The notes beneath the pieces are model-generated. The model did not search any database. It was not told the DNA's origin and worked only from the letters and a program-made list of their open reading frames with translations. A stretch of 64,000 bases of DNA. Source: an uncultured Fibrobacterota bacterium (GTDB lineage Bacteria > Fibrobacterota > Chitinivibrionia > Chitinivibrionales > CAYFVL01). Below are positions 63,743 through 64,000 of this stretch, piece after piece (positions within the stretch are counted from its first letter, which is position 1; every line of letters begins with the position of its first letter). Position numbers and translations under genes: made by a program. The stretch covers positions 2,339 through 66,338 of the forward strand of contig CAZPHU010000007.1 in NCBI GenBank assembly GCA_964586285.1. The letters are read 5' to 3'.

Positions 63743-64000
63743 GAGAGTCCCTTTGATTGAATGAACGGTAAATTGTCGGAAAAAGTGTTTACCAGGATAG
63801 GTAAAATATGTCATGAAAGAAGACCGGCGAAAGGCTGTATAACGCAGTAACGCGCAATCGCATACGAGATTCGAAATAAATGTGGTTGTTGCCGGCGGAC
63901 AAAGCCGAAGCTGTCAGGGCGGCGATCGTCAGATGCATCTGGATGGTAACTTCATTAAATCTGCGGACCGGAAGCTCTCTTTTTACCAACAGCACGACTA

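Noticed and set aside
63815-64000. Possible ZTP or purine riboswitch upstream of purC (GTCGTGCTGTTGG ... CGCCGCCCTGAC on the minus strand)
   Set aside because: It lacks the conserved GGCG/CGCC pseudoknot partners and the CCGGGCGGA segment of ZTP, and the U-rich and CUACC features of purine riboswitches. The region is also cut by the window edge. The ORFs here (63789-63995 minus strand; 63880 onward plus strand) are unconvincing.
1-64000. Search for CRISPR arrays, IS elements, integrases, prophage or classical defence genes
   Set aside because: No spaced direct-repeat arrays, transposase or integrase-like ORFs, helicase/nuclease/ATPase defence-type genes or long terminal repeats were seen. 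The window looks like core chromosome rather than an accessory island.

Overview
This 64-kb window looks like a chromosomal segment of a diderm (Gram-negative-type) bacterium. By eye it is mid-40s %GC and about 85-90% coding. I saw no rRNA, CRISPR array, transposase, integrase or phage genes, and one tRNA (Val-CAC). Many predicted outer-membrane barrels, lipoproteins and a PorV/PorQ-like protein hint at an FCB/Fibrobacteres-like lineage, but I cannot assign taxonomy from sequence alone.

Content in order:
- 1-12.3 kb (minus strand): a long block with an HI0933 flavoprotein, queH, a TPR protein, an RseC-like protein, alr, hisI, proA, proB, a lipoprotein, a HAMP-DHp protein with no ATPase domain, and a patatin-Omp85 protein.
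- 12.4-16.1 kb: two predicted OM barrels plus a stand-alone ComEC-type metallo-beta-lactamase lipoprotein.
- 16.8-25.1 kb: a hybrid histidine kinase, a membrane-anchored AraC regulator, tRNA-Val, and a PorV-like OMP / REC-GAF-HD-GYP / parvulin operon.
- 25.2-26.4 kb: three small orphan genes, transcribed divergently from a TolC-MFP-RND efflux operon (26.7-32.3 kb).
- 32.5-35.8 kb: a Ser/Thr kinase, a lipoprotein and an extended GrpB protein.
- 35.8-40.8 kb: a biotin cluster (bioD-bioF-esterase-TIM barrel-bioB).
- 40.9-50.9 kb: a GT4 glycosyltransferase, DAHP synthase, and an ECF sigma/anti-sigma pair followed by a six-gene envelope operon with rsmA/ksgA embedded in it.
- 50.9-55.9 kb: a flippase, a second GT4, and an orphan CrtI-like desaturase.
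- 55.9-63.7 kb (minus strand): nth, a secreted acidic protein, a PAS-PP2C-HATPase fusion, tsaB, ddl, glyQS and purC.

The most interesting result comes from reading the spacers rather than the ORFs. Two diverged copies of a noncoding element (about 120-150 nt, about 67% identity in my hand alignment) lie in intra-operon spacers, one directly upstream of the RseC-like gene (3938-4090) and one upstream of bioB (36795-36957). I could not match the element to any RNA or operator class I know.

Other findings are unusual domain architectures and gene neighbourhoods of moderate interest. All calls rest on motif recognition and hand alignment. No database search, folding or statistics could be run.
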